Source of the DNA: Marsupella aquatica
Lineage: Eukaryota > Plantae > Marchantiophyta
Direction: 5' to 3'
Assembly: GCA_973895155.1 (NCBI GenBank)
Contig: OZ316892.1
Coordinates: forward strand, 18,590,357-18,654,356
DNA: 64,000 bases
Shown here: piece by piece, positions 23,830 to 36,072 of the stretch
How positions within the stretch are numbered: position 1 is the first letter of the stretch
How the letters are laid out: every line of letters begins with the position of its first letter
Translations under genes and position numbers: made by a program
Notes under the pieces: generated by a model
The model's database searches: none
What the model saw: the letters and a program-made list of their open reading frames with translations, nothing else
Told to the model about the DNA's origin: nothing

Positions 23830-25470
23830 AAAGAATGAATGGACAAGACATCAGACTTATGCGTCATAAAATAAATCCATACAAATCTTGAGTAATCATC
23901 AATAAATGATACATAGTACAATTTTCCAGAGTGTGAGGGAGTTGGGGATGGACCCCACACATCACTATGTATGTACTCGAGAATCGCTTTGGAACAATGA
24001 GTTCCAACACTGAAAGCACGACGATGCTACTTTCCAAAAATGCAATGCTCACAAAAATCCAATTTACAAGACTGCAAATCATAAATGAGCCCATTCTTCC
24101 GCAAGATAGCCAATCCCTTCTCACTCATGTGGCCTAGCCGTGAATGCCATAGTTGAGTCATTTTCTCATGAGACTTGGTTATATTGGCCTCTCCACATAT
24201 TGTATTGCCCTGTAGCACATACAAATTCTTCTGTCTGCTCTCCTTCAAAATCACTATCTCTCCCGACATGACTTGATCGAAGTTCACCATCAATTACTTG
24301 CCATTGATGATCATTTGTATCCAACATATCGAGTGAAATCAAATTCTTATGCATGCTAGGTACAAACTTGACTCCGGACACTGTGCGCACAATGCCATCA
24401 AACATTTGAATCTTTACAGACCCAATACCCTCAACTCGACAGGAGTGATCATTTTTCATCAAAACTGAACCGTTTGACACAGAATAAGAATTAAAATACT
24501 TGCGAATGTAACAAATGTGAAAGGAGTAAGCACAATCAAGAATCCACATATCATTTGCTCTCCTAGATGATGTGCATGTAGGGCATACTCCTGACTTCAT
24601 AAAACATACTCATCATTGAGTAAATCAACTTCTCCATCAGCACTAGCCACATTGGCTGATGAAGATTCAGTTGCCTTACCCTTACAATCCCTCTTAACGT
24701 GACCAACCTTGTGACACTTCCAGCAAACTACTGGCTTTCTCTCCTAGGACTTCCCCTTGGAAGAAAATCTTGTCCTAGATTTACTTTTTCCCTTGCCATT
24801 CGTGCGTTGCTCGGGACGCCGCTATGACCTCCCACGATTCACATTCAAGGCAGCTCCAGATGACGATGATGTTTGGGCTTAACCCAACTTCTTCTGTGCA
24901 TCATCTGACAGTAAAGAGCTTACCACCTCATCGTATGAAATAGATTTCAGGTCTCTATACAAGAGAACCTACTTCAAACCCTGATAAGATGGGGGTAAGG
25001 AGCTGAGAAGAAGCAAGGCCTTATCTTCTTCTTCAACGCCCTTACCGAGGTTAGACAAATCAATAGCTAGGCTGTCAAATTCATCCAAGTGATCTTGCAG
25101 CTTGTTCCCCTCTTTGAGCCTAAGGCTCATCAAGAGAGACTTCTTGTACAATCGGTCTGATGCATCCTCCCAATAGTACTTCTCTTTTAAGGCTTTGAAC
25201 AGAGATGCACAATCTGCGTAGTCATCCAATTTCTTGATGATATGCGGCTTTAGATAAAGCACCACCGCATTCACTGCAATTACTTGTTCTTGCCTCCACC
25301 TCTTGAGTGGAATCTCCTCCTCATCATCGTACATCTCTCGTGTAGAGAGAAGATGATCTAGGCCCATAGCATGAAGAACTCCTTTCACTTGCTTCTCCCA
25401 GAGCAAGTAGTCCGTACGTCCATCATATTTTTTCACCTCAAACTTGACACCTCCGAACCTGGATGCCATC
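23830..25470 (-). mobile_element. Degenerate Ty1/Copia (Tnt1/Tork-like) gag-protease-integrase fragment
   Basis: gag KYDGRTDYLLW...LLLLSSLPPSY; zinc knuckle CWKCHKVGHVKRDC (~24683-24724); protease WILDCAYSFHIC; LWHSRLGHMSEKGL...CEHCIFGK; integrase DVWGPS...FIDDYSRFVWIY. Many stops and frameshifts; no RT or LTR seen. Confidence 0.93.
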
Positions 25471-26346
25471 TTTTTTTCCTTCACAACCCCCTCTACTCGC
25501 TACATCGGGGATCGTACCGGTGTCACGTGCGCTTCCTCTTGCTCCTCTTTTCTCCTCAAACCGTTGTGGTGATCCTCGTGCTTCAAGATCCACTTCTTCA
25601 AAAATCTCCTCCGAATCACTCATGTGAGAATGCAAGAAAAAATGACATTTTTTCAACTTCTTCAAAAAACTCAAAACTTATCACCGCCGCGTAGCCCACA
25701 AGCCTAGCTCTCCAATGCTGAAAATCATAATCGAAACTGAACTTCGACGTAAAAGTTATTCACTTTTTGGTTGGGGTGGGTAAAACTTGGAATTCTCCCC
25801 CGTTTTGACCACCTCGGGGAATAATCAAAAAGTGAACTAGTACCCAACGTTGGAAATGCAATTCAATTTATCACTATATTCATTAAAACTGTACTTTTAA
25901 AAGTCCATAAGATGAACCCTAAAGTTATTTTTTTTCAGGCCAAATTTCTATTAAAGCATTCCCAAAAGCTAATTTTTTCAGCCCAAATATACACTTTTGA
26001 ACGCCCAAAATTTTGTTTTTTTTCACCCAAATGTTTAATAATAACTTAAATCATATATTCTAATTAATTAGAGTTAGAATTTAAAAATTAGAGTAAATTT
26101 GATTTAGTCCAAAAATCAGAGGCTAATACCACTCAGACCATCTATAAATTAAAAAATATAGATGGTCATAAATCAAGGGTCAAAATGAGATTGACCCACT
26201 ATATAATTATTAAATTGTCCAGTCCAGTGAAAGAGCCTCACACTAAGCATATCTTAATTATTTACTTTATCCTACATGTTCAAAACATATCCTTTGACAT
26301 AATATGAATGTACAATTCAGTGGAGGCACTAGAGCAACCCTATCTC

Positions 26347-27396
26347 CTAATGATCAAGACAAAACTCATTTGAACAAGAAAGTCTGCTTCCTGATTTATC
26401 ATAGCGGATGTCACGGTTGCAAGTATCTCTCGCATGGTGGTTCTTAAACTTATTGGTGAGATCCCTAGTTCTGAGAACTTTCCAAATAAAATGCCTTCTA
26501 TTTTGTCTATGAGGACCAGAATAGTTATCTCCAAGTATTACGTTTGCAGTTTCTTCGATCTCATCCGTGGTCCACGTCTCCAGTGGTGGGTAATGCTGCA
26601 CCTCGTTCTTTCCATCCCAAGGAATCTCTTCAGGAGTCACATCCAAGATGGTTCCAAACTCCTTATGGATACAACAACAATCTCTCCACTTCTGTTCCAA
26701 AAGAGCATAGATGGCAGCATGATCCTCCTTGCTTGTTAATAAATTGAAAACAGACCACTTTGGATTGTTGACAGTGATATAATGTTGAACGCAGTAAGCC
26801 TTTCTCAATTTGCAAAGATACGGCCATAATATCTCGAGCAAAAAAGTATCATTTGAAGCTGTGTGAGTAAATGGATTTGGAAACAATCCATTCACGTCAT
26901 AATTCAAAAATGCCTTCAATGGAGAATCATCAATAAGAGCTGTATTAGAAGCATCATATTTTTCTGGAAAACGGTCCCAAATGGTTTGCAAATTCTTCAG
27001 AAGTAAATTGGCCTTCCCATCTGTTATATCTGGCCTTTGGATGCAACTATCAAAGGTATCTTCTTGAGTAAAGACAAACTTGAACTTCTGTCGCTCCTCC
27101 TCAGTGAAAATCAACTCCATTAAGTCCATTGTTTTTGGCCTCCTTGCACAGGTCCAAATTGCGACGTCAAAAACCATGAAAGCTGCATATAGAAATTTGT
27201 GGAGGTATGGGCGCTCCACATACATGAAATTAAACCCTCCACGTCTCCCCCAATGCACACCACGTAAACTTGTCTGATTTCGCCATGGTCCTGAGCTTCT
27301 GGTCTTAATGCAATCCCAACAAATCTTGTTAAGGTCAAGAACCAAGAGCTTTCGCCGGATCAGAGAGTGTAGTATTGGAGTGAATTCTGGAAACAT
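26347..27396 (-). CDS. FCP1/NIF-family HAD phosphatase-like protein
   Basis: KLLVLDLN, RPYLHKFL, FDVAIWT, KNLQTIW, NTALIDDSPLKA, DTFLLEILWPYL. Open for 349 aa; additional upstream exons are possible. Confidence 0.75.
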   Translation of the reverse strand: MFPEFTPILHSLIRRKLLVLDLNKICWDCIKTRSSGPWRNQTSLRGVHWGRRGGFNFMYVERPYLHKFLYAAFMVFDVAIWTCARRPKTMDLMELIFTEEERQKFKFVFTQEDTFDSCIQRPDITDGKANLLLKNLQTIWDRFPEKYDASNTALIDDSPLKAFLNYDVNGLFPNPFTHTASNDTFLLEILWPYLCKLRKAYCVQHYITVNNPKWSVFNLLTSKEDHAAIYALLEQKWRDCCCIHKEFGTILDVTPEEIPWDGKNEVQHYPPLETWTTDEIEETANVILGDNYSGPHRQNRRHFIWKVLRTRDLTNKFKNHHARDTCNRDIRYDKSGSRLSCSNEFCLDH

Positions 27397-28826
27397 TAAA
27401 ATAAACCCTTAGTCAATGCGACTCAAAGTTTAAACAATTACTACGGAGGAAAACTCTCAAAATTTGAAATCAAACAAACTTTGTTATAGCATTTGAAGTA
27501 GAGAGGAACGACCCTGGGGCGACCCTCCTAGAAAAACATTAATTACATTCACTTGTCATTTTTTAGATCCAAAGTATACCTGGGTCAAACCCTTCCTCCA
27601 CAGCAACGCTTTCCGAGGGAATGCCAACAAAATCCTTTGAGGAAGGAGATTCTACGACGGAACTTTGGTCTGTAAAAAAGTATATTATTACAAAGATAAA
27701 GCTTAGATTGTCATTAAAATACCAAGAACCAAAGAAAGGGCTAATAATTTCCAATGCTAAAATGCCCAAATTCATCTATTGTTTGATCACCTAGAACACT
27801 CTGTATCTCGGAATTGATACCACTGGGAAGTTGCTCTTCAAAGGATGGGGGTGCAAAAATTGGGCTCAATCTCAAGTTCAGTTTTTTGTAATCTGATTTT
27901 GCCATTATCTTTGGAGCATCGTCTAGTGATTCTATCATTCCAACCTTTGGTCCATTTCTCCATATAAAATGAGTTGCAGGACGGACTGTTTTCATATATC
28001 CAGTCCTGCCGATCTCGGATCCAAAATTTTGTGAAAATGATAATACTACGGGGCTTCCTATAGAAGCACTTGTAAAAACCAATTTAGTCTCTGATGAGCA
28101 ATATAGAGGAGACAGGGGAGGATTTGAAGCACCTGCCTTCTCTTCTTCATTTGCAGCGGTCTCAGGTACTTGACGATCATCCTCCTTTGCAAGCGCAATG
28201 TTTGACATTTCTCCCAATTCTACTGCGTCAATATTGCCTAGATCATCTGCAGTTGCCTTCCAATGTGCATCCGATGTGGACGATGTAAGATCTGGGTCCG
28301 ACTGGTGCATCCAATTCTCTACACCGGCAAAGGGATTTCTTGGTGGGTCGCCCTCAGGTTGACCCACAACATCGGCCAACCCCACACCAAAGTAGGGAAT
28401 ACCTACCACTTGTGTTCCACGTTCATCCAAATTTTGGGTGACCCTGTCGTCTGTGTCGTGACCCAATTCTCCTTCCTCAATCTCATCTTCGCCCTGGTCT
28501 ACGCCTTCTTTGGCGCCAACATGCTCGGAAACCCCATCGCAGGCTCTACCAAATTTGGAACCGCCCATCCGGTCACTCATTATGGAAGGAACTTTCTCGC
28601 AGAGAACCCTTCCATATGCCTGAGTGAAATCATATTCATCCTCAGTGTCTGAATACGCAAAGCATTCTCTGAAACACAACAATGACTGGTTCTCCCCTGC
28701 ATTGGCAAATGGCAATGCCACATCTACAAACACTTCAATCACACGCACTCGCAAGAAAGGGCTTTCAAAATCTGCACAATGAAACTTATCTTCTCCTGGC
28801 AGCCCTGTCACCTCACTTTCTGCCAC

Positions 28827-31800
28827 TGTGGTGCGTCCCATGGCTCCCTAAACCCAAGAAACCCCCCAGCACAAGCCGATTCCTGTAGATTTCGCGCTTG
28901 GCGAGGCCGTTTCCGCGGCTTAGCGGCATGGGACGCTGCTAATCTCCTTCTACTATTACTATTAGCCTTTTACACACATATACTGGACAGATCCTTCATC
29001 GGGTCATGAGATACGTAGTCAGCCTAATCTAGGCCTTCCCTTGTCTTCCTCTCCTTTTGGTTAGGTATGTTTGGATTCCGCCGCCGGAATGATCCCCAAT
29101 AGGCTTGGTTAAGCCGCTAAGACCTCTCTCAGCTCGACACATCCAACTCTCACTCCCTTGCTTACTTTCCTTCCTTCTGGTTGATGTGGGCACTCTTCAC
29201 ACAAGTTAATGTGACACACAAATAGCAAAATGACTCCTTCTGACTGAGTCATACCATGCACTTGCCATACAAACAGTACATCTCATACACAAGCTCTGCG
29301 AACTAAGCCGTGAGGCCAACTCTATTCAGCTTAGGCATGAGGAAACATGAATATACACAAGGTCACGGTATGACTAACCGAGAGCTTCTCTTACTACTTG
29401 ATCCCAGCCCGACTGGTGCAAACTAAAAACTTGCTAAAGAAGAGGCCCTGAGCTCCCCGCTGCCCAAGTATTTATCTTGGTAGTGGATCCGCCTAATTCT
29501 TTGCAGCATAAGCCTAACCTACCTAACAGTAATCTACCTGCCCGAATCTACCTATGTACAGCAAGGCAAGAGCACAAGTGTTGCTCCTACCAGTGGAACC
29601 GCAATCCCACTAAGCTAAGTGTCAGGGCCGCTCCTGGTCCTGATCCTAATCCTAAACTTGGAGATCAGCGCCCGCCCTGCCCACTCACGCCTCCTACCTC
29701 CACGTCCGCCCTTCCTAAAAGGAACGGCGCCCTTGCACCGTCACGACACCGGTGGTGGATCCTCAATGGACGCCCCCAATGCGGAATCTATTGCCGTGTT
29801 CATGCCGAAGGTTGGTGCCGGTTTGAGTACGGCTTGAGGGGTCGAATAACCTCCGGACCCCGAAGGTTTCCGCTTCTTCTTCTTCACTATCTCCACAGCC
29901 TGTTCCTTCCCCTTGCCGCCAACGTCCGGCACCGGGCCGTGTGTCACGGCTGGTCCTTCGGTAATTACCACCCCTGGTAACTGGTTTGCCCCAATGGGAG
30001 ATGGACCTGATGTAGCTAAGCATTTAAATACTGCGGCTTGTTTCTTCAGCCGCTCAGTTTGGTTGTCAGCCCACCGCTGTAGGTTCTCCATCTTCCTTGT
30101 GATTTCCTCCAACTCCTCCTGGGTCTCATCCAGGTCCTTACGTGCCTTCTCCAGCTCGTTTTTGGCTTCCTCCAATTCCCTGTGGGCTTCCTCCAATTCC
30201 TTCTTGGTGGTAGCCCTCTCCTCCCGGGTTGCTCTTAGCTCCTTGTCGAGCTCCGCTACGACCTCAGACTCCATGTTATTCATCTTGGCATAAGTCTGGT
30301 CGAGCTGGGCGTCCTTCTCCCACAAGTCGGCCTTGAAGCTGGCCGACAGGGACGCAAGCTCCTGCTGTAGCGCAATAATCCCTTGATAGGATTTTCCTAA
30401 CTCGGCCTCCTTCTGTTCAAGGGCTCCGCGGATTTTCTCGAGCTCTCCCTTCAGCGCCCTCTCCCTTCTCTGAGTCTCCGCCGTGACCCGGTTGTTGACT
30501 GCTATATGGGCCTCCTGTGCTGTGTCCAACTGCCCCTGCATGATGTTCAGCTCATGCCGCTTAATCCGCAGTTTATCTTGGGCTTTCTTGGCCGCCCTTA
30601 GATCTTCAATCTCGGCTTCCATCCTCCTAAGCCGCCGGATGACCTCGTCCTTCTTGCTTCTCTCTAAAGCCACCGCTTCTTCTAATTGGTGCTTCTCCAA
30701 CTGCTCCCTATGGAAAAAGGGTCCTACCTCCAACTCCTCCCCAAAGATGTCGAGCGCAAGTTCCCCACACATCTCACCATACTCCATGGCTCTATTCTTA
30801 GCGTAGGTGGAATAAGTAGAAGTGATCGGCATCACCCATCGCGGCCTCTGCTCCCAAGCCGTCTTGCGGATCTCTTCAATCGTGGCTAGAGGTTTGCTTC
30901 CTTTTTCGACTAGCCGCCTGATGTCCTTCGGCCAATCTCCTCCTGGCAAATCCTTTTCCCTAGCCAGGGCTGCCTCCTCTTCCTGCCTGATTCGCTCCTG
31001 AAATTCCTGCGCCGTCTGTTTTATGCCGTCAAAGCTCGGGGGAGCAACATCTGGTGGGGGAGACTCAGGGCTACTCTCCTGGTTGGGGTCCCCTCGTACT
31101 ACCCTTGGAAGTGTGGGGATAAACCGGCCACAGGTCCTTACTCTTGGAACGTGATGGTCCGACCCATAGCCGGAGTTATCATGGCTGCAGTCCTCCACTG
31201 CCTCCTCTACTTCTTGGACTTTCGGCTTCTCCCTCTCTTCGTCGGTAGGAGCTTCAGGCAATTCTGCCTCAAATTCAGAGCTTGAGACTCCCACGTACAT
31301 TCGAACACCCGGCTTGGATTCTGGCCTGATTCTGCTTAGGTTGACCTCTGGGGCAGTGTCCTGTATTGGTGCTGCTACCGAAGCCGGGTCCAGTGCCGTC
31401 TTTTCCTTCTCCAGCATTTTCAGCAGATTCTGTATGCTTGGTTGCTGCATCGGCAAGTCTTCCTTCCTTGGTCTGAACACCTGCTCGATTGTAGGACTGT
31501 CAGGTGGTTGAGGCTTCTCTGCTACCGGCCTCGGTGCTGGAGCTTCCTCGGGTGCCCTTACCTGCAGGGGAAGTACTGGGGCAAAGGTCTTACCTCTGGC
31601 ATACCGGCACAACAGCGGCATGTGATAGCCAAGCCGCGACACGCTCCCCATGCCGATTACCTGCTGCTCCTCCTTTAAGATCTTCTTCAATTGGTTGAGG
31701 AGGTACCCATTGTAGTCCTGGCTTGGGTCTGGCCTCTCTGCCAGATAGACCTGTGCCTTGCCGATCTCTGCCCTCGGCAAGTTACAATGCATGGTCACCC

Positions 31801-33008
31801 GCAAGAAGTCGATCATCTCTCCTATGTGCGGGTTGGTGCAGGTGTTCCGGAAGAAGCCATTCTTCGTTGATGGCCCGGGGAACGACCGGAACTCCTTGTC
31901 AGGCAAGGTCTTTCTGGTATCAACTTTGGTCTTATTGCCTATTGGCAAGCCAAACACTTCGGCAATCACCTTGGGAGTAAGATAGAAATCCTTCCCATAT
32001 ATCCTCGTGCAATTGGTCTCGGGTTCCCATGGCCCCACGAATTCTAATAGGTCTGAATCCGGTACCTCCGGCTTCAGCCATGGTAATCTTACAAAGGCCT
32101 CTAAGCCGGATCCGGCCATGAAGCCTTGGTACTTCTTGGTCTGCATGGATGTAAAGCATGCATCCTCCTCCCGTGCAAAATGTAGTTGCACCTCCGCTGG
32201 TAGGGTTGCCGCCCAGCCTTTCCAGGTGTCATCCCTGGTTGGAATGGCATTGATGGGATCGACCTCTTTGGCTTCTCCCTGCCTCCTGCTTTGCTGCTCA
32301 GCTGGCTTCTTTGGTGCCGCCAACCTCGTTCTTTTTGCCGGGGTGGCTTCATCGTTAACGGCTCCCTTCCTCTTCATCTCGGCTGCCGTGGGGGTTTCTC
32401 CTAGCACCGTTGCCTGGGTCCACCTTTCCGTGCTACCCTTCAATTCCCAGTGTATGTCGTTGCAGTTCTTGATGGCCTCTCGAATGCCGATGATTCTGTC
32501 TTCGCAAAACATAAGATCGTCGAGCTGATTGGAAGTAGGAGTCCATAAGAACTCGGCCTTGATGAGTTCGCCTCCTAAGAAAGCCGTCTTCTACAGCTCC
32601 CACAATCGAGTGAGCTCCTGTCGTTCTCGAGCTGCCCTTTCTGATTCTTCGTCCTCGTAAGTCTTGATGTACTCAGTTGCCTGTTCGAACAGGCATCCCC
32701 AGAAATGTGCCGCTTGATTGACGTTGCTCATACCCTCCTTAGGTCGATCGTCGGTATCTACTCTCTCCCCGAGTGCTTGCCTAAGCAGTTGACAGTAGTT
32801 GGCCTCCCGTAGTCGTCTGCCTAGTTTGCGCTCGCAAATGAGCCACCATCTCCTGCAAGCGCTCCTTACCTCCGGCCTCGGCCCGGGTTCCATAGTCGCC
32901 CCTAATTGTTTATATTTTCCTTGTTTTGTCCCTATACTAAGGTGTTTCTAGGGTGCACTCCTGCTTTACCCACTTAACTGGCCGAGTGATTCCTGGCTAG
33001 GCATCACA
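28827..33008. mobile_element. Insertion A: 4,182-bp TG...CA unit with 5-bp TSD GCCAC (probable solo LTR carrying an ORF)
   Basis: gccac|TGTGGTGC ... GCATCACA|gccac; 7/8-bp terminal inverted repeat; no internal direct repeat and no gag/pol. Confidence 0.85.
29741..32893 (-). CDS. ~1,050-aa retrotransposon accessory-type protein (globular domain, Pro-rich linker, coiled coil); single in-frame TAG at 32591
   Basis: The 32591-32893 and 29741-32512 ORFs are in the same frame (WEL*KTAFLGGELIKAEFLWTPTSNQLDDLMFCED). Domain GLEAFVRLPW..LLEF..W...T.IYGK...LT...IAEVFGLP, then a long heptad region. Confidence 0.75.
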
Positions 33009-36000
33009 GCCACTATCATGGAATTGTCCACAACGCTCTTCATCTTCACCAAATCTCCTCTTGCAAACTGTGAACAACACATTTTGTTAAAAATGCAATA
33101 AACATAAATTGAAAGATAGAAGAACACTCAAATCAAACACACATTTACCTTTGCAATGGGGTTAGGAGACTGCATTGGTTTCTACTGTGCAGGTGATGCA
33201 TTTGCTGAGGATGCTTTCTTCCTTTTCTTCTTTCCCTTTCTAGTTGATGGAGTGTCATCCTGCTCACTTGGAACAAGAGTTTCTTTTGGCAACTCAGATG
33301 ATTCTGGGGTTACATCTGGTGTCAACTGAGTCGACTTATCCTCTGGCAACTGAAAGGCATCTGAAATGGCTTCTTTGGGCAACTTAGATGGCAAAAGGTT
33401 CACTTCCAATAATTCAGTTTGCTTCAGAGTACTATTAGTTGTGTCAGTTGGTCTTCCCTGTGACACAGGAGGCTCCCCTAAAGATGCTGTCATAAAACAC
33501 ACACAAAAGAAATGCATAAACAAACATGTATACACCAGCAACATATAATCACACTAAAAACATGCAAGAACATTATAAACATGCAATGACATATACATAT
33601 CACAATAATTACATTGAATGGACAGTGTATACATGATAGAGAATTTTACCTTCATTATCGCCTGAAAAAGTAAGAGATCGCTTTCTACTACCTTGTTTGG
33701 TAGCTGTAGTCAACTTACTGTGACTAGGCACAACTGTTGGAACTTGTGCATTACTGGTTTGATGTGCCATCCATGTAGTCATCATGTTTGTCAACTCCCT
33801 CACAGTGCCTTTCAACTCAGCGACATCCCATTTCACAGCCCCAATGGCAGTGATCTCTTCTTTTGAATGTGGGGTCTGTAAATGAACCACAAACCAACAC
33901 AACATTCTCACTGTCAAACTTACAAACGACACAACACTCTGTCAAATGGAGAATGATGTACAAATCAAATTGGTATGACAATACTCACAGCTGATCCATG
34001 TTTGTATCCTTGCCCCAGTAAGCTAGCACTTTTACCCTCCCCACTTGCCAATGATGGGCTCACCTTTGCTCCCACAAAACTACCAGTCTGACCTTTTGCA
34101 CTTGCCAATGATGGGCTCATTGTCACCTTTGGCAATGAACCCTGACTACCATGGTTTTCTTTCAGGTCAAATATACCTGGGCTTGATCCTCTCTTCTGAT
34201 CCTGTTCAAACACACAATGAATGAGAATCACAGAGTCTATTTTCATGAAGATTCACAAACAAGACAGAATTGATAGTGAAAATGATAGACAATTTACCAT
34301 TCTCTTTGCTGCTGCAGCATGCCCTCCTCTTCCAAAGTGAGAGGTATCTTGCACTCGTGCTCTTTTATCAGTCATCTATTTACTCAAAGATATCAATGCT
34401 GGACTGGTAAAATGAGATACCAAAGCTGCCCATTTCTTTGGATCAACACCAGATGGCCCAGGTTTGGTTGGATCCTCATTGCAAACTTTCTTCCAGTAAA
34501 CATGCATTTTATGGCGCTCTCTCTTCAATATGCCACGACAATGTCTCTGGAATTTGGTCTTAATAAATTCCCCACCCACATACTTCCACTCAGCTGCCAT
34601 GTTATTCCACACTGTGGTTGTATGAACTTGTGGATGATCAGTCCATTTTGGCTTTGATACATCAAAGACTCTGAGTACGTTGCCACGAAGTTCCTCCAGC
34701 CAGTATTGTTTGTTGCCATCAGAATCATCAATATCATTGTCATAAATCTGCATTTCACAGACAATGTCAATTCATAACTCTGGAATTTATGCAGAGTCCA
34801 GGTTTTATACACACAACAACAGAGAGGATCAGATTTGTCTAAATCTACATTCAAAAAAAGTACAATACTCACTTTAATGTGTTTGGGCAAATCTCCATGA
34901 TCCCTTCGTTGTTTGGCAGTATTATCAAACTGCTTCTTAGCATGCCTTCATTCCCTGCGCATCTCAGAGGCCCCGCCTGCAATGCACACACATGCATTCA
35001 ATCAAAAAATATGTACATGATTGAAAAGTTGAGCAAATGCCCTTGCATATGCATGACGAGCAGATTGTGTATTACCTGAAGATCCTCTGGAATGTAGTAC
35101 ATCAGATTGACCTGATCTGCCTTCAGATGCTGATGGAACCACTAAACAAACACACAACACCAAAGCACTTCAATTAATTTCATTTCCAAGTAGAATATCA
35201 ACTTCCAAACACACCTGAAAAGTAGAACAGTACAATCCACTCACTTTCATATAAGAGTCCAGTGTCTGGGTCTTTCCAACATCTCACCAGCCCACCTCCA
35301 CCAGGCCCAGTCTTCTTAGGACCACGATTTTGTTTCTGTACCTACATCATGGACAAACGTAAGCATATCAACATATAATTTGAAAAAGGGACAAGGATCC
35401 CTTCCTATTAGGATGATGAAGTTCAAGCATTACCTGTTGTTCACTCTCTGGTTCTGACCCTCCAATGTCAGAGTCCTCAATGTCATACTCAGAAGGAGAA
35501 CCATAGCCATCATCACCACACTCTGCCATGTTCACCTTGGTAACTTCTGATAGTCTAGAGCTCCTCCTCTTTGGCAATGTTTCAGTTGAAGTACCTTTCA
35601 CCAAAGTAGGCTTTCCTCTCTCTCGTTGTACATGTGTGGTTGGGCCTCTAAGGAACAAAGCAATCATCAACATACACCAATGCAGATCAAACATACATGC
35701 AAAATGAATCTACAACACCGTAACACTAGTACTTATGTACAGGATCCATACTAGTATGAGACCAATCTGGAATATGAAAACAGAACATGAACCTGACAAC
35801 TTCATCTACTGAATGAAATTTGCAATAGACATATTAACACACACATCAGCATGCAGCCTGGCCCCAGTCCTAGATCATGCATAATTTTGACATTATGCTC
35901 TATGTTCCGCTTTCGGGCCTCCTCATAAGGATTCATAGAATATGACAACCCCTGCAATCTTCCTTTCCCAGGCTGCATTCACCAACTGCACAAATGGGTA

Positions 36001-36072
36001 AACCATTAGTCTGATTTCATATATAGTCCATACATGTAGTCCATCTATGGACTTCACACACCTAAAACCTAT

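Larger units (their letters stand above)
28680..35700 (-). pseudogene. CACTA-2 TnpA-like multi-exon gene, last exon split by insertion A
   Basis: 34376-34753 (WLEELRGNVLRVFD...ILKRERHKM...WAALV) is homologous to CACTA-1 TnpA. Removing 28827-33008 restores FARGDLVKMKSVVDNSMIVA|ESEVTGLPGEDKFHC...V.V..V...LPF. Confidence 0.75.

Noticed and set aside
27741-28841. 366-aa ORF as a single gene
   Set aside because: Chimeric: the first codons come from insertion A, the next ~50 from the TnpA C-terminal exon, and the rest from an unrelated segment.
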